Below, in pieces: positions 28,647 to 37,720 of a DNA stretch of 64,000 nt (within the stretch, counting starts at the first letter, position 1; every line of letters starts with the position of its first letter). The stretch lies in the NCBI GenBank assembly GCA_002401695.1, contig NVTV01000001.1:615604-679603 (forward strand), read 5' to 3'. The notes below the pieces were generated by a model. It was not told the DNA's origin and ran no database searches. It was given only the letters and a program-made list of their open reading frames with translations. The DNA comes from Alphaproteobacteria bacterium (GTDB lineage Bacteria > Pseudomonadota > Alphaproteobacteria > Micavibrionales > Micavibrionaceae). Both the position numbers and the translations under genes were made by a program.

Positions 28647-30889
28647 GCGCTAAACCTCAAACGGAAAGAGTTGGCAATCACAATCAGGGATGAGCCCGAC
28701 ATGGCCACCGCAGCAATCAACGGCGTTACAAACCCCGCCAAAGCCAACGGCACCGCAATCATATTATATAAAACCGCCAATGCAAAGTTCTGCTTCACAA
28801 GTTTCTGAGTTAAGGTCGCAACTTTATAAGCCGCATAAACAGGCTGCAGCTTTCCGCCCATAAACACAACATCCGCAGCGTTTTGCGCCATATCAATCGC
28901 CGTTCCGGGGGCAAAAGAAACATCCGCGCCCGCCAAGACAGGCGCATCATTCAGGCCATCCCCGACCATCAGAACTTTATGCCCAGCTCGCTTAAAGCCT
29001 TCCAGAACATCATATTTTTGTGTTGGGGTTTGCTCGGCATAAACCTTGGAGATACCACATTGACGCGCAATATCATCGGCAACGGCCTGCCGATCCCCTG
29101 ATAACATCACGACATCGATACCATTTTTCATAAACTTATCAATAACTTCCGCAGCATCCTTATGAATATGGTCTATAAACCGGAAAACCACAGGCGACTG
29201 CCCCGCAATATTCAACCAAAGCTCAAGGGCTTTACTCTGCGGTGCATCAACGTCCCCGCACCATGCGCGCGAGCCTATCTTTATAGGCTGCCCATTATAA
29301 TCCGCGCAAAGCCCCTTACCCGATATTTCCTCTACGTTTGAAACATCATGTAACGCGCCGTCATAAGCATCACTCAACGCCCGTGACAAAGGATGCGCAC
29401 TATACACGGTCAAAGAGGCAGCCATTTTCAGCGCCTCATCATCATATCCGCCGTCCAATGTCGGCTGCCCCAATGTCAGCGTCCCCGTTTTATCGAATAT
29501 CACCGTATCGATATTAGAGAGCCGTTCCAGCGCATCACCGGACTTCACCAAGATACCCTCACGCATCAAACGCCCCGTTGCCAAGACTTGCACCACAGGT
29601 ACAGCCAGCCCAAGCGCACAAGGGCACGTAATAATCAACACCGTAATCGACACCATCAAGGCATCCTGCCAAACCAGCCCCCCGATAATCCACCACCCGA
29701 TAAAAGCCAGCGCCGCGCAGCTATGCACCACAGGCGTATATAGGCGCGCCGCCCGATCAGCAAGACGAACATATTGCGCCTGCCCCTGCCCCGCCTTTTC
29801 CATCAAGCGTACAATATCAGCCAACAATGAATCCTCAGCCGCCGCCGCAACTTTAATCGTCACAGGCGCAGATAAATTAAGCGTGCCGGCAAATATCTCC
29901 GCGCCCATGACAGCTGTACGTGGCATCGTCTCCCCCGTGACAAGGGATGTATCAATGTCACTCTCGCCATCAATGATAACGCCATCAATAGGGAATTTTT
30001 CGCCCGCCGCAACGCGGACAATCATACCTTCTTCCAAATCACGTATTAGAATACGACTCGTATCGCCACTATTTTTATGGCTCCCGACAACATTGGCGAA
30101 CCCACTCAAACTACTCAATAAATTAGTTGCCGTGGATCGTGCATTCTTCCGCGCCCTAAAGTCAAGATACCGTCCGATCAGCAAAAAGAAGATCAACATC
30201 ACCGCAGAATCAAAATAGACATGTTCGCCGTGATTAATCGTTTCGAACAAGCTCATCCCGCCTGCCAGAACCAGAGCCAAAGAGATCGGCACATCCATAT
30301 TCGTATGCCCCGCACTTAATGCCTTTATGGCAGAGCGAAAAAACGGCCGCCCCGAAAACAAGATCGTCGGCAACGCAATCAGAGCCGAAACCCAATGCAT
30401 AAAGTCCCGCGTCGCAATACCCATAGTCTCCGTCGTTGTTGACCACAGCCCAACCGACAGCAACATCACATTGCCCATCGCAAAGCCAGCCACGCCAAGG
30501 CACAGCAATAAAAAACGCTCCTCTTTGAATAATTCAGATTTCTCGACATCAATATCATAGGGCTGCACGCTGTAACCCAGCGCCTCTATGATTGCCACAT
30601 ACCCGTTGGCTTGTTCGGCTGCGCCCTCCCACTCCAAAGCAAGGCGGCGGGTCGAAAAATTAAGACGTACACCGCGAATATCCGGCTGTTGCGATAAAGA
30701 GGACTCAATCTTTTGAATGCAGCCCGCGCAATGCACACCACTCACCAGAACAGACAGCACATATAGGCCATCATCATTCATCTGTACCAACGTTTCATAG
30801 CCGGAGCTTGTCGGCTCTACTGCGCTATGAAGTCGTGCATCGTCTGATATTGTTTGTTGTCCCATGTCCCACTCAATTTCGCGCGCCAA
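28643..30889 (-). CDS. ccoI: copper-translocating P1B-type ATPase CcoI/FixI
   Basis: HMA motif GVHCAGC, TM CPC motif (ITCPCALG), phosphorylation site DKTGTLT, and GDGLNDAP. The start is uncertain (TTG 30889, ATG 30865 or ATG 30781). The first two overlap ccoH. Confidence 0.88.
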   Translation of the reverse strand: MAREIEWDMGQQTISDDARLHSAVEPTSSGYETLVQMNDDGLYVLSVLVSGVHCAGCIQKIESSLSQQPDIRGVRLNFSTRRLALEWEGAAEQANGYVAIIEALGYSVQPYDIDVEKSELFKEERFLLLCLGVAGFAMGNVMLLSVGLWSTTTETMGIATRDFMHWVSALIALPTILFSGRPFFRSAIKALSAGHTNMDVPISLALVLAGGMSLFETINHGEHVYFDSAVMLIFFLLIGRYLDFRARKNARSTATNLLSSLSGFANVVGSHKNSGDTSRILIRDLEEGMIVRVAAGEKFPIDGVIIDGESDIDTSLVTGETMPRTAVMGAEIFAGTLNLSAPVTIKVAAAAEDSLLADIVRLMEKAGQGQAQYVRLADRAARLYTPVVHSCAALAFIGWWIIGGLVWQDALMVSITVLIITCPCALGLAVPVVQVLATGRLMREGILVKSGDALERLSNIDTVIFDKTGTLTLGQPTLDGGYDDEALKMAASLTVYSAHPLSRALSDAYDGALHDVSNVEEISGKGLCADYNGQPIKIGSRAWCGDVDAPQSKALELWLNIAGQSPVVFRFIDHIHKDAAEVIDKFMKNGIDVVMLSGDRQAVADDIARQCGISKVYAEQTPTQKYDVLEGFKRAGHKVLMVGDGLNDAPVLAGADVSFAPGTAIDMAQNAADVVFMGGKLQPVYAAYKVATLTQKLVKQNFALAVLYNMIAVPLALAGFVTPLIAAVAMSGSSLIVIANSFRLRFSA

Positions 30890-31293
30890 AGCCCTTGCAT
30901 CGGTAAATCCGGTATTGCCTCATAAATACCGCCGCCCATATGTGCAAGTACGATATCAAAATCATAGCCATCATGCACCACGCGAATAATACTTGCACGC
31001 ACACGCACATTCTCTAAAGGCTTTCCATCTTTATCCGCAAGTTCCCACCGCAAAAGACCGTTCTCGTATGTTACGCTTTGTTTGATATCAGGCTGCGACT
31101 TCGCTTTGTTGAGGGTTTCGTTATAGGCAAGCCCTTTCTCATAGGGACGTTCCGTTACAACGCCAGTCTGCGTGCTGACCGCGATATAAACAAAAATGCC
31201 ATCAAGGCAAGCTATCACCACAAAGAACATCACGAAATAAATTGGTATCCACTTATCCCTTGGGTCTTGTTTGCGCTCTGCATCCATGCTCAT
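30817..31293 (-). CDS. ccoH: CcoH/FixH
   Basis: A single N-terminal TM helix followed by a periplasmic domain, positioned between ccoG and ccoI. The start overlaps the ccoG stop (TGATG). Confidence 0.78.
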   Translation of the reverse strand: MSMDAERKQDPRDKWIPIYFVMFFVVIACLDGIFVYIAVSTQTGVVTERPYEKGLAYNETLNKAKSQPDIKQSVTYENGLLRWELADKDGKPLENVRVRASIIRVVHDGYDFDIVLAHMGGGIYEAIPDLPMQGLWRAKLSGTWDNKQYQTMHDFIAQ

Positions 31294-32768
31294 CACCGTC
31301 CTCTCTTACTGATAAATACAGCATCATAGGTGTCTGTCATATCACTGCCCTGATCGGTCAAAGTAAAGGTGATATCACGCGGGCTGTCCGGCGCCATATT
31401 AGAGCTGACGAAAATATGATATGTCCCGATACTATCCGCCACGACATAAAGACTATCTGCGCTGACGCTACCTGCGGCTTTTACCTCTATCTGCACATCA
31501 TCCAACCCTTCAAGGGAAAGCCTAAACGTGCGATGATCATGGGTCTTGTTCAAAATTTTAATAATATAACCATTACGGATTTCACCGCTGGAAAGCTGTA
31601 CAAACAATGGGTTACGGTCATGCAAAACATGAAGTTCAAGAGACGTGCGCCCAATAACCGCCGCAAACATCGCCACCGCGACAACGGCAAGGATAGCCGC
31701 ATAATAAATCGTGCGTGATTGTAAGAACTTAAAGCTTTCCTTACGACCCTGCTGCTCCGCCTCCATATGATTAACGGTGTCATAGCGGATCAAGCCGCGC
31801 TTAAGATCAATCTTATCCATGACATTATTACAAGCATCCACGCATAAGCCACAGGCAATGCACTCCATCTGCAAGCCATCACGGATATCAATCCCCATCG
31901 GGCAAACCTGAACACAGGCCGTACAATCAATGCAATGCCCCCGATCGTCCCAGCTTTCGCCCTTCTTATGCTTTCCCCGTGCTTCGCCGCGCTGCTCGTC
32001 ATAACCAATAATCAGCGTATCGCAATCAAACATGGCCGACTGGAACCGCGCATAGGGACACATATAGGTACAAACCTGTTCCCGCGCGAAACCTGCCATC
32101 AGGTAGGTACTGAATGTTAGACCACCAATAAAGGTCAAGATCGTTGGTGATACATCAAATGTAAAAAAGCTCCAAAACAATGTCGGGGCATCATTGAAAT
32201 ACAAAACAAAGGAACCCGCCGTACACCACGCAATCACCAGCCAGATAAAATGCGTGGTTGCGATTTTTCGAACCTTATCAAAGCTCCACCGTGCTTCATG
32301 CAGCTTTTTACGCGCATTACGATCGCCTTGTACAATGCGCTCTACCCAGACAAATAAATCCGTCCAGACAGTTTGCGGGCAAAGATAACCGCACCAAACA
32401 CGGCCGAATAAGCTGGTTACAAAAAACAGGACAACCGCCGCAAGAATGAGGATACCCGTCAAAAGATAAACTTCTTGAGGCCATATCTCTATCCAGAACC
32501 AATAGGCTTTGGCACTTTCAAGGTCGATCAAAACGGCCTGATCCGGCGCATTAGGGCCACGATCCCAACGGATAAACGGCGTGAGGTAATAAACCCCCAA
32601 AGTCAGGGTCATCGCAATCCATTTGAGTATGCGATACTTCCCCCAAACACGTTTAGGGTAAATCTTCTCCTGCTTAGAAAAATACTGAATATGCTCTTCG
32701 GCGCTATTCGCTGTATGTTGCGTCTGGGATGTCTTCGACAGGTCTTTCGACGGTTTCTTCTTGTCCAT
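31293..32768 (-). CDS. ccoG: CcoG/FixG 4Fe-4S ferredoxin-type membrane protein
   Basis: Cys clusters CGYLCP, CTYMCPY, CIDCTACVQVCP and CIACGLCVDAC. ATG 32768 (MDKKK) follows GAGGAA. It still overlaps the ccoP 3' end by 65 nt. Confidence 0.88.
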   Translation of the reverse strand: MDKKKPSKDLSKTSQTQHTANSAEEHIQYFSKQEKIYPKRVWGKYRILKWIAMTLTLGVYYLTPFIRWDRGPNAPDQAVLIDLESAKAYWFWIEIWPQEVYLLTGILILAAVVLFFVTSLFGRVWCGYLCPQTVWTDLFVWVERIVQGDRNARKKLHEARWSFDKVRKIATTHFIWLVIAWCTAGSFVLYFNDAPTLFWSFFTFDVSPTILTFIGGLTFSTYLMAGFAREQVCTYMCPYARFQSAMFDCDTLIIGYDEQRGEARGKHKKGESWDDRGHCIDCTACVQVCPMGIDIRDGLQMECIACGLCVDACNNVMDKIDLKRGLIRYDTVNHMEAEQQGRKESFKFLQSRTIYYAAILAVVAVAMFAAVIGRTSLELHVLHDRNPLFVQLSSGEIRNGYIIKILNKTHDHRTFRLSLEGLDDVQIEVKAAGSVSADSLYVVADSIGTYHIFVSSNMAPDSPRDITFTLTDQGSDMTDTYDAVFISKRGR

Positions 32769-33690
32769 CTTCTCGTTCCTCTTCACCACCACCAAGCTGA
32801 TGCAGGTATATGGTCAGTTGTCTTATCGTATTTTTATCCAACCTGTCTTTCCAGGCTGGCATCATACCACTGCGCGCAGAATATACGGTTTCGAACACAC
32901 TAGCCCGATCACCGCCATACAGCCAGATTTTATCGGTCAGGTTCGGCGCGCCAAATTCGCGATCACCCTTTCCATCTAAGCCATGGCAAGAAGCACATTG
33001 CTCAGCGAAAATGGTTTGCCCCTTCGCAAGATCGTGATCACCGCCATGCCCAGCCGCTTGACTGGACAACGAGAACACATAATCAACAACAGCCTCAATT
33101 TCCGTGTTCTTCAACATCCCCTCCTTACCAAACGCAGGCATCTGCGAGAGACGCGTATCCAGATTATCCTCTCGAATACCATATTGGATAGTTTGATGAA
33201 TATCAGACAAAGCACCACCCCACAGCCAATCATCATCGTTCAAATTAGGATAGCCTTTGAACCCTTGTGCGCCCGTTCCGTGACATGTCGCACAATTATC
33301 TTTGAACATTGCACTGCCGCCTGCCATCGCAAACGCATATAATTCAGGATCATCGAGAATTTCTTGAAAGCTCGCCTGTTCAAAGCGATCCAGATAGACC
33401 TTTTGACGCGCAACGATTTCATTTTGGGAGTCTTCCAACTCTTTAAACTGGGTATAGCCGCCCGTACCTTTCGTATGGCCGCCCGCGACTGGCCACGCCG
33501 GATAAACGACCCAATACCAAACAGACCAAAGGATACACACATAAAACACCCATAACCACCAACGCGGCAAAGGATTATTCAGCTCTTTAATACCGTCCCA
33601 CTCATGCCCCGTGGTTTCAACACCGGAATGGGCATCAACTTCTTTTTTGTCTGTATTTTGGTCTTGGTTGTCGTTTTGATGATCACTCAT
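32704..33690 (-). CDS. ccoP: cbb3 oxidase subunit III, dihaem cytochrome c
   Basis: Two CxxCH motifs (CATCHG, CASCHG) and an N-terminal TM helix. It has an acidic C-terminal tail. Confidence 0.9.
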   Translation of the reverse strand: MSDHQNDNQDQNTDKKEVDAHSGVETTGHEWDGIKELNNPLPRWWLWVFYVCILWSVWYWVVYPAWPVAGGHTKGTGGYTQFKELEDSQNEIVARQKVYLDRFEQASFQEILDDPELYAFAMAGGSAMFKDNCATCHGTGAQGFKGYPNLNDDDWLWGGALSDIHQTIQYGIREDNLDTRLSQMPAFGKEGMLKNTEIEAVVDYVFSLSSQAAGHGGDHDLAKGQTIFAEQCASCHGLDGKGDREFGAPNLTDKIWLYGGDRASVFETVYSARSGMMPAWKDRLDKNTIRQLTIYLHQLGGGEEEREDGQEETVERPVEDIPDATYSE

Positions 33691-33842
33691 GATTCATTCT
33701 CCTCTAAAGGAATACGCCCTTGTTTTTCATAGTCAGCCTTAGAACCGGAACGAAATGTCCATAACGTAACGGCACAGAAAAATATGAAGAAAAATAATAG
33801 GCCGAGCATTCCTGCATCCGCACTGGCAAAAAAATGTTTCAT
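33687..33842 (-). CDS. ccoQ: cbb3 oxidase subunit IV CcoQ (51 aa)
   Basis: Hand-translated and absent from the ORF track: [51 protein letters not shown]. The ATG overlaps the ccoO stop (ATGA) and the stop overlaps the ccoP ATG. Confidence 0.72.
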   Translation of the reverse strand: MKHFFASADAGMLGLLFFFIFFCAVTLWTFRSGSKADYEKQGRIPLEENES

Positions 33843-34582
33843 TGTGCCCCCCCTTCAACATCTTTAGCAGCGTCGAAATCAATAAAGGTTCCCAGCACTT
33901 GCAAATAAGCAATCAAAGCGTCCATCTCTGAAACCATATTAGGCTGTCCGTCAAAGTCACGGGCATTCACCTTTTCACCATAACGTTCTATCAAGCCACT
34001 TGTATCAACACGATCTTCGCCTGTAGCCTGAATCCGCGCATCCCGCGTTGCATTTTCAATCATGTCATCGGTGTAAGGCACGCCAACCGTACGCAATGCC
34101 CGCAGATGATATTTAAGATCATGCAACGTCGCGCCGCGCTTCATCAAAAACCCGTAAGACGGCATCACTGATTCAGGAATCATGTCTCTGGGTTCAATCA
34201 AATGACGGATATGCCACTCATCCGAATATTTCCCGCCAACACGCGCCAAATCCGGCCCCGTTCTTTTCGACCCCCACTGGAAAGGATGATCATACATACT
34301 TTCCGCAGCCAAAGAGTAATGCCCATAACGCACAACTTCATCACGCAACGGACGAATTTGTTGCGAGTGACAAACCGAACAATTCTCGCGCATATAGATA
34401 TTCTGCCCGACCAGTTCCAGCGGTGTATAGGGACGCATCCCCTCCACCGACTCAATCACCGTTTCCATGCGGAACAAAGGCACAATCTCGACCAAGCCAC
34501 CAATCAGGATTACAAGAATCGTACAGCCAAGCAGTAAAAGAGAATTACGCTCCAGCTTTTCATGTTTATCTAACAAGCTCAT
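33839..34582 (-). CDS. ccoO: cbb3 oxidase subunit II, monohaem cytochrome c
   Basis: CSVCHSQ haem motif and the conserved FixO sequence. ATG 34582 overlaps the ccoN stop as ATGA. Confidence 0.92.
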   Translation of the reverse strand: MSLLDKHEKLERNSLLLLGCTILVILIGGLVEIVPLFRMETVIESVEGMRPYTPLELVGQNIYMRENCSVCHSQQIRPLRDEVVRYGHYSLAAESMYDHPFQWGSKRTGPDLARVGGKYSDEWHIRHLIEPRDMIPESVMPSYGFLMKRGATLHDLKYHLRALRTVGVPYTDDMIENATRDARIQATGEDRVDTSGLIERYGEKVNARDFDGQPNMVSEMDALIAYLQVLGTFIDFDAAKDVEGGAQ

Positions 34583-36048
34583 GCCATTGCTCCTTGTGTT
34601 TGAGGACTTTGTGTCTGGGTCTGATCTGACCCAAACTCCTTCACATTTACATCTCCACGAATGGTGCGCCAAATATTATAGGTCATAATTAACGCCCCTG
34701 TGAGATAAAGCCCCCCACCCATTGCGCGGATAATATAAAACGGCTTCATCGCCATAACACTTTCGACAAAGGAATATTGAAGGAAGCCCATCTCGTCATA
34801 GGTACGCCACATCAAGCCTTGCATAATGCCGGACACCCACATCGCCGTGATATAGAATACGATGCCTATCGTTGCGATCCACAAGTGAAGACTGATCAGC
34901 TTGGTTGAATACATACGGGTCTGCCCCCAGAGTTTTGGCACCATATAATACAGCGCGCCAAAAGTAATGAACCCGTTCCAGCCCAGCGCCGCAGAATGCA
35001 CATGCCCAATCGTCCAATCCGTATAATGAGACAAAGAGTTCACCGATCTGATCGCCATAAGCGGCCCTTCAAATGTCGCCATCCCATAGAATGCCAGTGA
35101 AATAATCATAAATTGCAGGATTGGATCTTCGCGAAGCTTATGCCACGCACCAGACAACGTCATCACGCCATTGACCATCCCCCCCCAGCTCGGCATCCAA
35201 AGCATAATAGAGAATGTCATCCCCAAGGTCTGCGCCCAATCAGGCAACGCGGTATAATGCAAATGATGCGGCCCCGCCCAGATATAGATAAAAATCAAAG
35301 ACCAGAAATGAATGATAGATAAACGGTAAGAGTAAATCGGACGCTCCGCCTGCTTTGGCACAAAGTAATACATCATCCCCAAAAAGCCTGAGGTTAAGAA
35401 GAAACCAACCGCATTATGACCATACCACCATTGAATCATCGCACTTTGCACCCCCGCAAACGCGGAGTAACTCTTCGCGCCGACAATGTCGACAGGAATA
35501 GAGATATTATTCGCCACATGAACCACAGCAACGGTGACAATAAAGGAAAGATAGAACCAGTTCGCCACATATAAATGCGGCTCCTTACGCTTGATACAAG
35601 TCATCAAATACACAAGCAAATACGACACCCAAACAATGGTCAGCCATATATCAGCATACCATTCCGGCTCTGCATACTCTTTGGTTTGATTAACGCCAAG
35701 AATATAGCCCGTAGCCGCCATAACGATGAAAAGCTGATAGCCCCAGAACGTAAAGTTAGCCAGCTTATCATTCCACAAGCGCACTCCACAGGTGCGTTGC
35801 ACCACGTAATAGCTGGTCGCGAACAACGCATTCCCGCAAAAAGCAAAGATAACAGCAGAAGTATGTACAGGACGCAAACGACCAAAGTTAAAATACGGCT
35901 CTATATTCAAATCAGGGAACGCCAATTGCGATGCAATCAGCACACCAAGAAGCAATCCGACAATACACCAAAAAACGGTAGCAAGCGTAAAACGCCTCAC
36001 AATATCATAATTATATTCAGGTTCTTGTTGATCCGTCATTACTGTCAT
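34579..36048 (-). CDS. ccoN: cbb3 oxidase catalytic subunit I
   Basis: 12-TM haem-copper oxidase with the FixN-type His ligands ([20 protein letters not shown]). Confidence 0.95.
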   Translation of the reverse strand: MTVMTDQQEPEYNYDIVRRFTLATVFWCIVGLLLGVLIASQLAFPDLNIEPYFNFGRLRPVHTSAVIFAFCGNALFATSYYVVQRTCGVRLWNDKLANFTFWGYQLFIVMAATGYILGVNQTKEYAEPEWYADIWLTIVWVSYLLVYLMTCIKRKEPHLYVANWFYLSFIVTVAVVHVANNISIPVDIVGAKSYSAFAGVQSAMIQWWYGHNAVGFFLTSGFLGMMYYFVPKQAERPIYSYRLSIIHFWSLIFIYIWAGPHHLHYTALPDWAQTLGMTFSIMLWMPSWGGMVNGVMTLSGAWHKLREDPILQFMIISLAFYGMATFEGPLMAIRSVNSLSHYTDWTIGHVHSAALGWNGFITFGALYYMVPKLWGQTRMYSTKLISLHLWIATIGIVFYITAMWVSGIMQGLMWRTYDEMGFLQYSFVESVMAMKPFYIIRAMGGGLYLTGALIMTYNIWRTIRGDVNVKEFGSDQTQTQSPQTQGAMA

Positions 36049-36060
36049 TTTGTTTTCCTT

Positions 36061-36771
36061 TTACAAAACCATTGTTCCGGCCAAAACAAACAACCATATT
36101 CCACTGACAACCATTGCCACCTGAAATACACGTTTCGCCGCGACCGGATATTTAGACTTAAACGCGTGACCACCAAAAGCCACCATTACTAATGCAGGCA
36201 TCGTGCCAACAGCAAACGCCATCATCGCAATACCCGCTTGAAAAACCGTCGGCGCCGTTGCCGAAGCCATAAGCGCTGAAAGAACCAGCCCGCAAGGCAT
36301 AAAGCCCAACAACACGCCCAATCCATAACGCCCGAAAACATTAGGGTTATTCATCAAACCTGCAGAAAAGCGGCTAATCACGGTATAGGGCATACTTATT
36401 CTTATACTATTCACCCAAGGGAATAAAATAGTCAACCGTGGGAATGCACTTACTAAAAAAAAAGCACCTGCCAGCGCCAACATAGGCGCAGCAATGAATA
36501 CCTTGGTACTCGAAAACAGAAAAGCCAGATTAACCACCGAATTTAAAAGCACAGCCAACACCACATACGTTGTCATGCGCCCGAGATGATAAGGTAACAA
36601 CAAAAACGAACTCAACTTTTGAATTTTTCGATCCTCACCGATCTGCGCCAAAACAAACGGTGAGCACATACCAACGCAATGTGTTGCACCACCGACAAGT
36701 CCAGCCAGCAACATACTGATAAGCAATCCATACGATGTTGTTATATCATGTATACATTGCGCAATAATCAT
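36061..36771 (-). CDS. DsbD_2 / TauE-SafE-like membrane protein
   Basis: Six or seven TM helices with HCVGMCSPF and FMPCG motifs. Its stop is only 12 nt before the ccoN ATG, so it is the first gene of the cco transcription unit. Confidence 0.65.
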   Translation of the reverse strand: MIIAQCIHDITTSYGLLISMLLAGLVGGATHCVGMCSPFVLAQIGEDRKIQKLSSFLLLPYHLGRMTTYVVLAVLLNSVVNLAFLFSSTKVFIAAPMLALAGAFFLVSAFPRLTILFPWVNSIRISMPYTVISRFSAGLMNNPNVFGRYGLGVLLGFMPCGLVLSALMASATAPTVFQAGIAMMAFAVGTMPALVMVAFGGHAFKSKYPVAAKRVFQVAMVVSGIWLFVLAGTMVL

Positions 36772-36826
36772 TATTGGCTTTCCAATTTAGTTGCTGCGCA
36801 TAATATAAAATTACACTAACTACACC

Positions 36827-36840
36827 TTGACCAAAATCAA
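36827..36840. promoter_or_regulatory. FNR/FixK box TTGACCAAAATCAA
   Basis: Matches TTGAT-N4-ATCAA at 12 of 14 positions, with both half-site cores intact. It lies in the divergent region between the DsbD_2-ccoN operon and the Crp/Fnr gene. Confidence 0.55.
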
Positions 36841-36888
36841 TTATCACACTAAACAATCAAAAAGATACAAGAAAATCAGACAGAGCAA

Positions 36889-37629
36889 ATGACGCATAAA
36901 AGCAACCCATCAGAAATTAAAACCTATTTAAAAACAATCAGCATTTTTAAGGACTGTAGCGACAGCTTCCTTGCCAAGATATCGGCCAACGCACAATGCC
37001 AAATTCATAAAAAAGGAAAAATTCTGTTTGTGCACGATGACACGATTGAACGCTTTTACATTATCAAATCCGGCTGGGTGAAACTGTTTCGCGAAACACT
37101 GGATGGAGCGCAGGCTGTCGTCGATATTTTAGATAATCATCATGTTTTGGGTGAAATCGCGATTTTTGAAAATAATATTGTTCCCTACAGCGCAGAAGTC
37201 GTCAGCAACGCTGAAATTATTTCACTGCCCCTTGCAAACTTAAAAAAAGAAATCAAAAACGATAATCAACTTGCTTTGAATATGCTGAAATCTATGGCCC
37301 ATGACCGCCGCCGCAAAGATAAAGAAATAGAGCATAGAACGATTCAAAACGCGCCCCAGCGCATTGGCTGCTTTCTTCTGCGCTTGATAGATCAGAACCA
37401 AAAAGGGCCTGTCACCATTCACCTGCCCTATGACAAAACACTTGTCGCCGCACGTCTTGGCATGCAACCCGAAACATTCTCTCGCGCGCTATCCAAATTA
37501 CGCGATGAAACAGGCATTCGTATAAACGGTGCCACCATAGAAATGGAGAGCCTTGACCAAATCGTGCGCTATTCCTGCGCGGCATGCTCATCCAACTTCC
37601 CCTGCCAAGATCTGAAAACCACCAGCTAA
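36889..37629 (+). CDS. Crp/Fnr-family transcriptional regulator with C-terminal Cys cluster
   Basis: cNMP-binding-like beta-roll and a C-terminal HTH (ETFSRALSKL). No N-terminal Cys cluster. The C-terminus carries CAACSSNFPC. Confidence 0.85.
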   Translation: MTHKSNPSEIKTYLKTISIFKDCSDSFLAKISANAQCQIHKKGKILFVHDDTIERFYIIKSGWVKLFRETLDGAQAVVDILDNHHVLGEIAIFENNIVPYSAEVVSNAEIISLPLANLKKEIKNDNQLALNMLKSMAHDRRRKDKEIEHRTIQNAPQRIGCFLLRLIDQNQKGPVTIHLPYDKTLVAARLGMQPETFSRALSKLRDETGIRINGATIEMESLDQIVRYSCAACSSNFPCQDLKTTS

Positions 37630-37720
37630 CAAGCACGGCTAAATTTAGAAAAATAATTACGGGATAGATTAGCGTCCTGAATGCGTTTAACATGCGAGCA
37701 CAGTTAAACGGAGCATAAGC

